A DNA stretch of 64,000 bases from Ferrithrix thermotolerans DSM 19514 (GTDB lineage: Bacteria > Actinomycetota > Acidimicrobiia > Acidimicrobiales > CAIXPF01): positions 66,117-130,116 of the forward strand of contig CAMDQT010000004.1 of NCBI GenBank assembly GCA_945906305.1, read 5' to 3'. The position numbers were made by a program, and so were the translations under genes. The notes beneath the pieces were generated by a model. That model searched no databases. It saw only the letters and a program-made list of their open reading frames with translations, and was not told the DNA's origin. How positions within the stretch are numbered: position 1 is the stretch's first letter; each line of letters opens with the position of its first letter. Shown piece by piece: positions 35,489 through 44,987 of the stretch.

Positions 35489-37027
35489 GTGTCGGCGAGT
35501 CGTCCGATCGTTGGCGCTAGCACAGTCGTGAGCCAGGCCCTCCGTCACCGCCGGAGCAGGTCTGATCCGCTGCCTTCATGGCTGGCCATCGTGGTGGTGG
35601 TGGCCACCTCGGCCGCGGTGCTCGTGTTTGAAATCCTCGCTGGTCGACTACTCGCTCCCTATGTCGGGGTCAGCCTGCAGACCTACACCGCGATCATCGG
35701 TACGGTGCTCGCCGGCATGGCCATCGGTTCCTACGGTGGTGGGTGGTGTGCGGACCATTTCGACCCGCGACGGCTTCTGCCGCTCCTGGAAATGGCTGGT
35801 GGGGCCCTGGCCATGGCCATCATTCCTGTTGTACGGGTGGTGGGCCGAACCGGTGGCGATAGCAGTACCGGCCGGATCGTGGTGCTCGCCGCTTGCGGCT
35901 TCTTGCCTGTGGCGACGGTCCTGAGCGCCGTGACCCCGGCGGTGGTGAAGTTGCAACTGCGCGACCTCGATGCCACCGGCCGAACAGTCGGTCGACTGTC
36001 GGCCTACGGAACCGCGGGCGCGATCGCGGGCACGTTTCTCACCGGATTTGTGCTGGTGGCCTGGGCCGCTGTGTCCACGCTGATCGTCATGGTTGGTGCT
36101 GCGTTGGGGATCGGTGGCCTGCTGCTGTGGTTCGCTACGAGCCGTGCTCGGCCACTTGAGGTGATCGGAGCCGGCTCGGTGGCCGCATTGTCGCTCGTTG
36201 GGGTCTTCCTCATCGACGCCCCTTGCGACCTCGACAGTGCGTACTACTGCATCTCGGTGCAGGTAGACAGCGCCCGGCCGCAGGGCCGGACCTTGTGGAT
36301 GGACGATCTCCGGCACAGCTACGTCGACCTCGCCGACCCGACCTACCTGGCCTTCTGGTACACCCGGAGATTGGTCGACGCCATTGACGCCTACAGCCCG
36401 GCCGGTTCGTTGCAGGTGGCCCACCTCGGTGGAGGTGGCTTCACCGTGCCCCGCTATCTACGCGCCGATCGACCAGGAAGCCAACAGGTGGTCTTTGAGA
36501 TCGACGCCGCGTTGGTGGAACTTGTGCAGCGCGACCTCGCGTTCCGAAACGGTGACGATGTGAGCGTGGTGATCGGCGATGCCCGGATGGGCGTAAAGGA
36601 CTTTACGGCCAGCCGCTTCGATGTGGTGGTGGGCGACGCCTTCGGCAGCCGTGCGTTGCCGTGGCATCTCGCCACCGAGGAGTTCATCACGGAGATTGCC
36701 CGCGTGCTGCGTCCCGGCGGGCTGTACGTGGCCAACGTCATCGACGAACCGGGTCAACATTTTCTGCGGGCCGAGGTTGCCACCATCGCCGCCGTATTGC
36801 CTTACGTGGTGGTGGTACAGGGGCCACAAGCCAGCACCGGCCGGCTCGGTAACAGCGTGATCGTCGCCGCCCAAGCTCCACTCGACGCGGCCGCCATGCA
36901 ACGCGCCATGGATGCGGTGGGCGACGCTGGGCGGCTCGTGTCGGACCTTTCCACGTTCGTCGCGGGGTCGCCGATACTGCGCGACGACTACGCACCGGTA
37001 GATCAATTGATTGATCGGGGTCGGTGA
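35489..37027 (+). CDS. Fused membrane domain / spermidine-synthase-like methyltransferase-fold protein
   Basis: About 7 N-terminal TM helices, then LGGGGFTVPRY...VVGDAF...LRPGGLYVANV (SpeE-like). Confidence 0.8.
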   Translation: MSASRPIVGASTVVSQALRHRRSRSDPLPSWLAIVVVVATSAAVLVFEILAGRLLAPYVGVSLQTYTAIIGTVLAGMAIGSYGGGWCADHFDPRRLLPLLEMAGGALAMAIIPVVRVVGRTGGDSSTGRIVVLAACGFLPVATVLSAVTPAVVKLQLRDLDATGRTVGRLSAYGTAGAIAGTFLTGFVLVAWAAVSTLIVMVGAALGIGGLLLWFATSRARPLEVIGAGSVAALSLVGVFLIDAPCDLDSAYYCISVQVDSARPQGRTLWMDDLRHSYVDLADPTYLAFWYTRRLVDAIDAYSPAGSLQVAHLGGGGFTVPRYLRADRPGSQQVVFEIDAALVELVQRDLAFRNGDDVSVVIGDARMGVKDFTASRFDVVVGDAFGSRALPWHLATEEFITEIARVLRPGGLYVANVIDEPGQHFLRAEVATIAAVLPYVVVVQGPQASTGRLGNSVIVAAQAPLDAAAMQRAMDAVGDAGRLVSDLSTFVAGSPILRDDYAPVDQLIDRGR

Positions 37028-37080
37028 GATCCTCCGATTGGGATGGGTCCGATCCTGCGCCGGGGGGCGTCGCTCAAGCG

Positions 37081-37485
37081 TCAGTGCCGGGCTGGTAGCG
37101 CGAGCTCGAACCAAACGGTTCGGCCAGCATCGCTGTGCTGCACTCCCCAGGCGTTGGCCAGCGCATCGACGAGGAGTAGGCCGCGTCCGCTTGTTTCGCT
37201 CGGATCGGGTCGACGGAGTTTGGGACCTGCTCCGCCACCGGCGTCGGTGACCTCGACTCGTAGGGAGTCGGAACCGATGCGTAAGGTCAAAACACCTGGG
37301 CCGGGGCTGTGCAGGATGGCGTTGGTCACCAACTCGCTCACCATGACCTCAACGTCGGTGCCGCAGCGGTGCCCAGCCCAGGGGACGAGTTGGGCGAGAA
37401 CGTTTTTGCGGGCCTCGCCGATGGCCAGTTCTGACGCCGGAAAGGACCACGCGTAGAGCTCAGTGCAGGGTCCGACGGTGGGCAC
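37081..37485 (-). CDS. HATPase_c (RsbW-like) anti-sigma factor/serine kinase
   Basis: VSELVTNAILHS and TSGRGLLLVDALA motifs. Confidence 0.75.
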   Translation of the reverse strand: MPTVGPCTELYAWSFPASELAIGEARKNVLAQLVPWAGHRCGTDVEVMVSELVTNAILHSPGPGVLTLRIGSDSLRVEVTDAGGGAGPKLRRPDPSETSGRGLLLVDALANAWGVQHSDAGRTVWFELALPARH

Positions 37486-37523
37486 GCCGACACGATAGTG
37501 CCGACCCCCGGGCGCTTGAGCTG

Positions 37524-38048
37524 CTAGCGCTCGGCAACGGCGGTGGAGCCATCCTTGGGTTGCGCAACGGGCTCCTCGGAAGCCCAGGGGAACAGGATCC
37601 AGCGGTCGCTGTCCCGCCAGACGTAGTGCGGTCGGACCACCGAGTGCGGCTTGTAGTAAAGAACCGCGCTGCGAACCTCAAGCACCTTTGGGGTACAGAA
37701 CCGCAGCACCATGTCGAGGGTGTGGCCGGTGTCCGCGACATCGTCGACCACCAGGACCTGGCGGTCCTCAAGTCCCATCAGATCGAGAAAGGGGGGCAGG
37801 ATGACCGGCATCTCAAGCCGCTCGTTCACGCCGGTGTAGTACTCGACGTTCATGGTGAAGATGTTCTTGACCGAAAGCAGGTAGCCCAACGCTCCTGCAG
37901 GGACCAAACCGCCGCGGGCGATGGCCAGGATGATGTCGGGCTGAAAGCCCGATTGGGCCACCATGGCTGCGAGTTCTTTGACGGCATCGCCGAAGCGAGA
38001 CCAGGTCAGGACCTCGTAGATGTCCACGGGGTCATGCGAACTGGCCAT
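37524..38048 (-). CDS. Phosphoribosyltransferase (purine PRT-like)
   Basis: PRPP loop VLVVDDVADTGHT and IARGGLVPAG. Confidence 0.8.
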   Translation of the reverse strand: MASSHDPVDIYEVLTWSRFGDAVKELAAMVAQSGFQPDIILAIARGGLVPAGALGYLLSVKNIFTMNVEYYTGVNERLEMPVILPPFLDLMGLEDRQVLVVDDVADTGHTLDMVLRFCTPKVLEVRSAVLYYKPHSVVRPHYVWRDSDRWILFPWASEEPVAQPKDGSTAVAER

Positions 38049-38111
38049 GGCCCAACCCTAGCCAGGCGCGCTACGGCGAGTTGAGGCGGCGATGCGGTTG
38101 GGGCGGGTTGC

Positions 38112-38954
38112 TCAGCTGGACCGCAGAGCGGCAGCTACCTCGGCGCTGGCGTGGTAGGTCTCGGCCTCGGCGGGAAAGGCTCCCGAACGCACATCGGCGG
38201 CGTAGCGGCTGATGGCCTCGATGCCGTCGGCCCCGAGGTTGGCGTATCGACGCACGAACTTGGGTCGAATGCGCTCTTCGAAACCCAAAAGGTCGTGGAA
38301 CACCAGTACTTGCCCGTCGCAGCCGCGGCCAGCACCGATGCCGATGGTTGGTACGGGGATCTCCCTGGTGATGAGCTCGGCGACCACGTCGGGAACCCCC
38401 TCGAGCACGATGGCGAAGACACCGGCATCGACGAGGGCCTTGGCATCGTCGAGCAGTTCTCGAGCGGCGGCGAGTTCCTTGGCCTGGACTCGGAACCCGC
38501 CCATGGCGTGCGTCGACTGAGGGGTGAGCCCTAGATGGCCCATGACCGGAATCTCGGCGTTGACAATGGCCTTCACCATCGGGACACGCTTGGCGCCGCC
38601 CTCCAACTTCACGCTTTGGGCGCCAGCCCGAATCAGCAGGGCGGCGTTGTTCACCGAATCGACCTCGGAGAGGTGGTAGCTCATCCAGGGCAGGTCACCG
38701 ACCACCAGCGGGTTGGGCTTGGCCCGCCGCACCGCGGCCACGTGGTATGCCATGTCCGTGACGGTCACTTGAAGCGGGTCGTCGTAGCCGAGCACGACCA
38801 TCGCCACACTGTCACCGACGAGGATCAGGTCGGCTCCGGCGGCATCGACCATTCTGGCGCCGGGGGCGTCGTACGCCGTGACCATCACGAGCGGTGCATC
38901 ACCGTTGGCCACCTTGTGACGAGCGAGGGTGGGAACTGTCCAGCTCTTAGTCAC
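38112..38954 (-). CDS. panB: 3-methyl-2-oxobutanoate hydroxymethyltransferase
   Basis: MVTAYD, LVGDS, KLEGG and GHLGLTPQS motifs. Confidence 0.9.
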   Translation of the reverse strand: MTKSWTVPTLARHKVANGDAPLVMVTAYDAPGARMVDAAGADLILVGDSVAMVVLGYDDPLQVTVTDMAYHVAAVRRAKPNPLVVGDLPWMSYHLSEVDSVNNAALLIRAGAQSVKLEGGAKRVPMVKAIVNAEIPVMGHLGLTPQSTHAMGGFRVQAKELAAARELLDDAKALVDAGVFAIVLEGVPDVVAELITREIPVPTIGIGAGRGCDGQVLVFHDLLGFEERIRPKFVRRYANLGADGIEAISRYAADVRSGAFPAEAETYHASAEVAAALRSS

Positions 38955-39023
38955 GAGGCACTCCTTTGGATTCGGGGGCGCTGAAGCGGTTGAGAGACGC
39001 TAGGGCCTCGCAGAAACCGGGGC

Positions 39024-39875
39024 TCAATCTGCGACTGCACCCACGTTGTCGATGAGGCGGGCCGGCCCGACGCGGGCGGCGATGAGCAGGCGGAGCGTAC
39101 CGTGCAACCGGTCGAGCGTCTCCAGGGTGCGGGCATCGACAACTCGGGCGTAGTCCAGGGTGGCCAACGGCTCGGTGGCCACGACCTGTGCCATGCCGAG
39201 CTCAACGCTCGCGGCGGACCGCTCGCCGGCCTCGATGACTGCCACCGCCGAATCGAGGGCCCGTTTGAGGACCGCCGCTGCGTCCCGCTCGGTGTCGCTC
39301 AAGTAGGCGTTTCGCGACGATTTGGCCAGACCGTTGGCTTCACGCACGGTCGGGCAGGGAATGACCTCGACGGGGATCGACAGATCACCGGCCATGCGGG
39401 TGACGATCTGTAACTGCTGGAAGTCCTTCTCGCCGAAGTACGCCCGGCAGGGCCCGGCAATGGCGAAAAGCTTGCTGACGACCGTGGCGACGCCATCGAA
39501 ATGGCCCGGCCGGCTGGCGCCTTCGAGCTGGTCCGCGAGGCCGCGCACCCGGACCGAGGTGAGCACCTCACCGTCGGGGTACATCTCCTTCACCGAAGGG
39601 GCGAACACCAGGCTCACGCCAGCCGCCTCGGCTAGTGCCAGATCGCCATCGAGGTCCCGAGGGTACGCGTCGAGGTCCTCATTGGGACCGAATTGTAAGG
39701 GGTTGACGAAGATGGTGACGGTCACGAAGCCACCATCGGCACGGGCCGCTTCCATGAGGCTGCGATGGCCGCTGTGCAGGAAACCCATGGTGGGCACCAG
39801 ACCAACTCGCCGGCCCGCCGCTCTCGTGGCGTCGTGGTGGTCGCGCACCTCTTCGATGGTGTGCACCAGCTTCAC
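39024..39875 (-). CDS. panC: Pantoate--beta-alanine ligase
   Basis: VPTMGFLHSGH and FVNPLQFGPNEDL motifs. GTG start at 39875, abutting the upstream stop. Confidence 0.9.
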   Translation of the reverse strand: MKLVHTIEEVRDHHDATRAAGRRVGLVPTMGFLHSGHRSLMEAARADGGFVTVTIFVNPLQFGPNEDLDAYPRDLDGDLALAEAAGVSLVFAPSVKEMYPDGEVLTSVRVRGLADQLEGASRPGHFDGVATVVSKLFAIAGPCRAYFGEKDFQQLQIVTRMAGDLSIPVEVIPCPTVREANGLAKSSRNAYLSDTERDAAAVLKRALDSAVAVIEAGERSAASVELGMAQVVATEPLATLDYARVVDARTLETLDRLHGTLRLLIAARVGPARLIDNVGAVAD

Positions 39876-39876
39876 C

Positions 39877-40626
39877 TCAGGCCACCTCTTCGGCGAGGGA
39901 CTCGGTGTTCGATGGGCCGCCTGCCACCAAGCGAGTTGCCAGATCGGCCATGGCCCGGTATCCGGCCGCCTCTTCCGGCGGCAGTGCTGCCAGATGCCGC
40001 GCCACGGTGGCCCAGTCGCCGCGGGCAACGGGGCCGGTCAACGCGGCGGCAGGTCCGAGTCGACGGACGTTGGCCAAGGTCTGCTCGGCGAGGGCCAGGT
40101 AGGCCTCCAGCGGTAGGCCCGCTTGGGCGGCCACGCGTTCGACCTGACCCATCAAAGCGACCAGGTGGTTGGCGGCGATGGCGGCGGCGGCGTGATAAAG
40201 GACCCGGTCCTCTGGGGCCACTCGGAAGGCGCGGCCACCAAGCTCAGCGACCAGTTCGGTAACCAGTGGGTCGCCGTCCACGGCGAAACAGCAGCCGTTG
40301 CGCAGCCGCTCGGCGCCGACGACCGGGTCGGGAACGGAGGTCAGAGGGTGCAACGACGCCCGCCGGGGATGGGGTTGGAGTGGATCGAGTGACTGGGCGC
40401 CGGCCGCATGGGCCACCACGGTGTGCTCGTTGGGTTCCACGGCCTGCGCAACCCGACGAATGGCGTCGTCTGGGGTGGTGATGAGCAGCAGATCGACCCC
40501 CGCCGCTGCGGCGCGGACATCCTCGCCCCGACGCAATGGGGCCTCGACGTGCCAGCCTTTTTCGGCCAGTACGGTCATGAACGATCGACCCACTCGACCA
40601 GGACCGATCACCCGAACCCTTCGCAC
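39877..40626 (-). CDS. Rossmann-like plus DUF2520 protein (putative oxidoreductase of the pan cluster)
   Basis: VRVIGPGRVGRS dinucleotide fold and a C-terminal DUF2520-like helical domain (LTGPVARGD). Confidence 0.7.
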   Translation of the reverse strand: MRRVRVIGPGRVGRSFMTVLAEKGWHVEAPLRRGEDVRAAAAGVDLLLITTPDDAIRRVAQAVEPNEHTVVAHAAGAQSLDPLQPHPRRASLHPLTSVPDPVVGAERLRNGCCFAVDGDPLVTELVAELGGRAFRVAPEDRVLYHAAAAIAANHLVALMGQVERVAAQAGLPLEAYLALAEQTLANVRRLGPAAALTGPVARGDWATVARHLAALPPEEAAGYRAMADLATRLVAGGPSNTESLAEEVA

Positions 40627-40912
40627 TTTGTGCGCCCCCTGGAGCTCTTGAGACCCTTATTTGTGGATCAAGGTTGAGCGTTGGGTGGTCATTCCACCAA
40701 ACGAGTATGACCTTTGTCTCCGGGCTGGTGGCGCGGGTACTCGCGTATCATGCACGCGCGCGGCAGCGCGTTGCACATGAGTGTGCGCCGAGTGCGTTGG
40801 CGCATCGCCCCAAAGGCCAAAAATTTGCGGTGTAGCCACCGTTCTCGTCGCTCACCGGCTCGACTCCGCCACCAACGGGGAGAGGTTCGGGCCGGTGCGC
40901 TACCGTCAGGTC

Positions 40913-41887
40913 ATGGCGCTGGGGGTCGATGGGGTCACGATTGGCTGTTGGACCCATCCCACCCATCCGACGGGCTGCACGGTGATCCTGGCGCCACCTG
41001 ACACCATGGGTGGTTGTGCCGTGCGAGGTGGGGCTCCCGGCAGCCGGGAGACTCCGGCGCTACGACCTGAAGGCACCGTGCAACAGTGCACCGCCATCGT
41101 GCTCACTGGCGGCAGCGCGTTCGGTCTGGCGACTGCTGACGGGGTCATGCGCTGGTGTGAGGCTCAAGGCCGCGGCTTGGCCCTGAGCACGGTGACGGTA
41201 CCCATTGTGGGTGCGGCAGTGGTTTTCGACCTACGGGAAAAGGGCCAGCCTCGCCCCGACGCTGAAGCCGGTTGGGCGGCGTGCGAGGCAGCGGTCGACG
41301 AGGACCCTCCAATGGGCTCGGTCGGGGTAGGTGCGGGCTGCTCGGTGGGCAAGACCGCCGGTCGGGACTATGCCACCAAGGGCGGCCAGGGGTGGGCCGT
41401 GCGTCGGCACGAATCGGGCCTCGTGGTGTCGGCTCTCATGGCGGTGAACCCAGTAGGCGATGTGCTCGATGAGCACGGGGCGATCCTCGCCGGCGACATC
41501 GCCCCGCCTGGGACGCCACGCTTCCCTGGTGTGGGCCTCGAGACCTTCCTCGCCCGCGATTCCCAACCCGAGCAGGGTGCGATCACCAATACCGTTATCG
41601 GGTGCGTGGTCACCAACGCCCGCTTGACGAAGTCGGCGGCGAGCCGGGCGGCAGATCTTTGTCACAGCGGCATCGCCCGCTCGATCACCCCAGCCCATAC
41701 CTCCGCCGATGGTGACCTGTTGTTTCTACTGGCCACTGGCACGGTTGAGGCGACGGGTGACCTGGTGGCACATCTCGGTGCCGAGGCGGTCGCGGCCGCG
41801 GTGCGGGCTGCAGTGCGCCACGCGACGGCCGTAGTTGGCCTCGGGGTGGATCCGCGGGTGCGCCCTGTCGGGCGTTCTGGCGGTTGA
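40913..41887 (+). CDS. P1/S58 family peptidase (DmpA-like aminopeptidase)
   Basis: TGCTVILAP, LTGGSAFGL and GNTVIGCVVTNA (self-cleaving Ntn-type) motifs. Confidence 0.8.
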   Translation: MALGVDGVTIGCWTHPTHPTGCTVILAPPDTMGGCAVRGGAPGSRETPALRPEGTVQQCTAIVLTGGSAFGLATADGVMRWCEAQGRGLALSTVTVPIVGAAVVFDLREKGQPRPDAEAGWAACEAAVDEDPPMGSVGVGAGCSVGKTAGRDYATKGGQGWAVRRHESGLVVSALMAVNPVGDVLDEHGAILAGDIAPPGTPRFPGVGLETFLARDSQPEQGAITNTVIGCVVTNARLTKSAASRAADLCHSGIARSITPAHTSADGDLLFLLATGTVEATGDLVAHLGAEAVAAAVRAAVRHATAVVGLGVDPRVRPVGRSGG

Positions 41888-41909
41888 CCGCGGGCCGCGC
41901 CCTTCGTCC

Positions 41910-43280
41910 TCAGCGGCTGGCCTCCTCATAGTTGACCAGACGACGGTGCAAGGCGCCCGCGGCGTTCGTCGGTATGTCCTCGACGATGGTGAGCACCTCG
42001 GGTCGACATTCGGGGGGCAAAGACGCGGCCACAGCGGCGAGATCCTCGAGAAACGGGGGCCACTCAGGGTCTGCCGGTACGAGCACCGCGACCACCTGGT
42101 TGCCTCGCTCGGGGTGGGGCCGGGGGGCGACGGCGATCTCCGCCACGAGGGGGTGTGCGGCGAGAACGGCTTCGACGACAACGGGGTTGACCTGCGTGGC
42201 ATCGACGCGGAAATGGTCCCGTAGCCGACCCTGCCACACGGTCCGTCCGGCTGCGTCGGTCTCGGCCTGATCGCCGCTGGGCCACCCCCCTGCGGGCCTT
42301 GGCTGTCGAGCCGAAACTTGGGCGCTCTGCGGGCCGCTGGTGTGCATGGTGCCGCCCGAGTCGAGCCGCACCTCGAGCCCTTCGGGGACGTGGCCGTCCT
42401 GGAGCAGCCAACCTCCGGCCTCGGTGGCGCTGAGCCAGCTCCGAACCGAGCCGCTGAAGCGCTGAGGCCAGTCGACCTGTTCGTGAGGTCGAACCGGGCC
42501 CTGGTGCAGGCTCAGCTGACTGACTCCGACCAGCCGACGTTGGCGACGTTGCAGCTGTCGCAAGGTCCGGCGAAGCAGCACCGGCGTGGTCACCACCTGG
42601 TCGTAGTGCCCATGGGCGAGCAGCCCGCCGAAATGGGTGCGGTCCGTGATCTGGACTTCAGCCCCGTGGGCCAGCGCCGACAGGGCCATGCGCAGCACCG
42701 GGGCATGGGCCACCTCGCCGGTGACGAGAACCCGGGAGCCCGGTTTCAGGTCCCCGCCCAAGGTCCCCCCAGGCGCCATCCAGGAGCTGACCTGGCCCCG
42801 GTCGAAGACATAGGGGGTGGGGTCGCCGTCGCTGCCCGTCGACGCTAGCCACCATGCGGCGTCCACCGCCGCGCTGGCATCGGGCCGCAGCGCGTGGGAA
42901 TGGCCCAAGCCGACGGGTGTCGGCACCTGCCCGGGATCTCCGCCGCTCATCCAGCCTGGCCTCACCTGCTCGAGTACGGCGTCGCGCTCGCGGGGCCACC
43001 AGCCGTTGTTGAGGGCCAACGCCGGTAGCCCTGCTTCAAACGCGGCGAGCAACTCGATGAGCAGCAAGGCCCCTCGGTGGGCGTCTACCGCCAAGACTGG
43101 GGCCGGGCCGGGCCCGGAATGCACGTCGTGGGACCAAGTCCGTAGTCGTGCCGCTCGGCGGCGCACCGTGTCGTGCAACTCCGCGAAGCTCAAGACCCGA
43201 TCTTCGGCCCCGCCTGGTTCGAGGTGCAGCGCGGGAAGGTCGCGGCGAGCCACCAAGTCGAGAGCCTCAAGTGGGCTCAT
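41910..43280 (-). CDS. Degenerate ANL-superfamily (acyl-CoA synthetase-like) protein
   Basis: Overall ANL layout (SFAELHD..., C-terminal VAEIAV.PRPHPERGNQVVAVLV...DIPTNAAGALHRR). Canonical Lys residues are replaced; see findings. Confidence 0.55.
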   Translation of the reverse strand: MSPLEALDLVARRDLPALHLEPGGAEDRVLSFAELHDTVRRRAARLRTWSHDVHSGPGPAPVLAVDAHRGALLLIELLAAFEAGLPALALNNGWWPRERDAVLEQVRPGWMSGGDPGQVPTPVGLGHSHALRPDASAAVDAAWWLASTGSDGDPTPYVFDRGQVSSWMAPGGTLGGDLKPGSRVLVTGEVAHAPVLRMALSALAHGAEVQITDRTHFGGLLAHGHYDQVVTTPVLLRRTLRQLQRRQRRLVGVSQLSLHQGPVRPHEQVDWPQRFSGSVRSWLSATEAGGWLLQDGHVPEGLEVRLDSGGTMHTSGPQSAQVSARQPRPAGGWPSGDQAETDAAGRTVWQGRLRDHFRVDATQVNPVVVEAVLAAHPLVAEIAVAPRPHPERGNQVVAVLVPADPEWPPFLEDLAAVAASLPPECRPEVLTIVEDIPTNAAGALHRRLVNYEEASR

Positions 43281-43283
43281 GAC

Positions 43284-43775
43284 TCAGGCCGGGAGTTCGA
43301 CAGTGATACGGGTACCCCTGAGGCTCGCATCGGTGAACACCCTGATCACTTCGACCTTTCCATTCTCGAGATACACCGAAGTCCGTTGGGTGTCGGCCTC
43401 GTCTTCGGTGGCCAAACGCTCGGTCGGGATCCATCCGAGGTTGCGCAGTACGGCGTCGAGATCCTTGAGAACCTCGTCGAATGCCTTGTCGACCCGCCAG
43501 GTGACCGAACGCCCGAACGTGATCTGGTCATTGCCGGTGGAAGGCTCGGACACGACAGACACGATCACGCCGCCCTTGGGTGAGGGGAACGAGGACGGAA
43601 ACCAGTTGGGCACGGTGACGCTCACCTGCTCGGTGGCGGAATCGGTAATTCCATCGGGCCGCCCACTGTTGGTTCCACAGCCCGATGCCAACGCGACAGT
43701 GCTGAAGACCGACAGCACGGCCATGGCCCACTGGGCGGGACCCGGCATCGAGCGGCAGAGACGACGACCATGCAC
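43284..43775 (-). CDS. Hypothetical lipoprotein
   Basis: Signal plus lipobox-like VALASGC. No recognisable domain. A 3-nt gap separates it from the ANL-like gene downstream. Confidence 0.55.
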   Translation of the reverse strand: MHGRRLCRSMPGPAQWAMAVLSVFSTVALASGCGTNSGRPDGITDSATEQVSVTVPNWFPSSFPSPKGGVIVSVVSEPSTGNDQITFGRSVTWRVDKAFDEVLKDLDAVLRNLGWIPTERLATEDEADTQRTSVYLENGKVEVIRVFTDASLRGTRITVELPA

Positions 43776-43852
43776 CGCGCAATTCTCGCCGCGCTGATGG
43801 GCCGGGGGGTAATCGCATCGAGCCTCACAACCCGCTGTGCCAGACTGCAGCG

Positions 43853-44167
43853 GTGTACGTGCATGTGAAGGGTCCCAACGGCGAGGTCGACTTGGTCGAG
43901 CCCGAGGACTGCAAGCGCTTCCACGTGCTCTGTGCGGTGCCCGAAACGGCCTTGGCCGCGGTCGCTGACGCCCTCGGTCCTTGGGCTGTGGGGGCGACCG
44001 CGGACCACGTGTGGATACGCGTCGACGCCGTGCAGGCCGCTGCCGCCGATCGTGTCGCTGCAGGCTGGTCCGACGAGTTCGCCGCGATGCTCGGCTACGC
44101 CCGGTCCAAGGGCTGGTTGAACGACGCCGGGGATGCCATCGCCGCCCACGTCGAGTTCAGCGTCTGA
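43853..44167 (+). CDS. Hypothetical protein (104 aa)
   Basis: Clean ORF in an otherwise empty interval. No family recognised. Confidence 0.45.
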   Translation: MYVHVKGPNGEVDLVEPEDCKRFHVLCAVPETALAAVADALGPWAVGATADHVWIRVDAVQAAAADRVAAGWSDEFAAMLGYARSKGWLNDAGDAIAAHVEFSV

Positions 44168-44201
44168 GGCCTCTCCGGGCCCGAGCGGCCCTGAGCCGCG
44201 G

Positions 44202-44642
44202 CTACGGCGCCGCTGGAGCTCGGCGCGTGGCGGTGGCCAAGGTGGCCGTGTAGCGCGGGTCGAGTTCGGATTCCTGCGCCGGGCGCCAGCCGAGGTCGAA
44301 GGCCTGCCACAGCGATTGGGAGAAGGGCCAGAACAGCAACGGGGTCAGCGCCGCCGCGGCGAAGCAGATTCCGAGCAGGAGGGGCACGTTCAAGTCAGGA
44401 AACATGGCCCAAGTCCCCAGCAGCAAGACGATGAGCAACACGCCGAAGCTGAAAATGGTGTTGAACCCGACCGCCCCCACGAAGTGGCCTTCGACGCGCT
44501 CGCTGGCCAGACCGCAGGTGGTGCAGCGCTCGTTCATCTTGAACCAGTGGGCGAACATGTCGGACCCACCACACTGGGGGCAGCGGCGGCGAAGTGCTCG
44601 ACCGAGCAGGCGCCAGCGATTGATGGGATGGCTGACGATCAC
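44202..44642 (-). CDS. DUF983 membrane protein with N-terminal zinc ribbon
   Basis: CPQCGG...CTTCG followed by two TM helices. Confidence 0.7.
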   Translation of the reverse strand: MIVSHPINRWRLLGRALRRRCPQCGGSDMFAHWFKMNERCTTCGLASERVEGHFVGAVGFNTIFSFGVLLIVLLLGTWAMFPDLNVPLLLGICFAAAALTPLLFWPFSQSLWQAFDLGWRPAQESELDPRYTATLATATRRAPAAP

Positions 44643-44780
44643 GAGTCGATGGTAGGCAACTTCGTCGCCGGCGCTGAAGCGCCGCTGGCCTCGGGCTCGA
44701 ACTTGCCGATCGCGCTCGACGAAGGAGCGTCAGGATGGCACTAACATCACGGCGAACGACGTCGCCTCGGGAGGATGTAG

Positions 44781-44981
44781 ATGGTTTGGCGAGTGGTGGT
44801 CGATATGGACCTGTGCGAGTCGAACGCCGTGTGCATGGCCGTTCTGCCCGAGGTGTTCGAGGTGCGCGACGACGATTTGTTGTACGTGCTCAACGAGACG
44901 CCGCCCGATAGCGACCGGGCCAAGGCTGAGGAAGCCGTGGCCCGCTGTCCCAAGCAGGCCATAACTATCGTCGAGGCCTGA
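44781..44981 (+). CDS. Small ferredoxin (P450-system-like, single cluster)
   Basis: 66 aa with CESNAVC...CP. Confidence 0.75.
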   Translation: MVWRVVVDMDLCESNAVCMAVLPEVFEVRDDDLLYVLNETPPDSDRAKAEEAVARCPKQAITIVEA

Positions 44982-44987
44982 GCGGCG

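Noticed and set aside
35403-35489. tRNA-Ala as an integration hot spot for a genomic island.
   Set aside because: There is no integrase, no direct repeat of the tRNA 3' end downstream that I could find, and the flanking genes look like core genes.
40627-40912. The 286-nt gap between the DUF2520 gene and the DmpA gene, with GC-rich imperfect repeats (TGCACGCGCG, GTTGCACATG, GTGCGTTGGCGCA), a GGTGG-tcatt-CCACC hairpin and a 42-codon ORF (from 40707).
   Set aside because: I could not derive a consistent secondary structure or repeat logic. The ORF lacks an SD and any recognisable features. Probably just divergent promoter space, though cmscan and TSS data would settle it.
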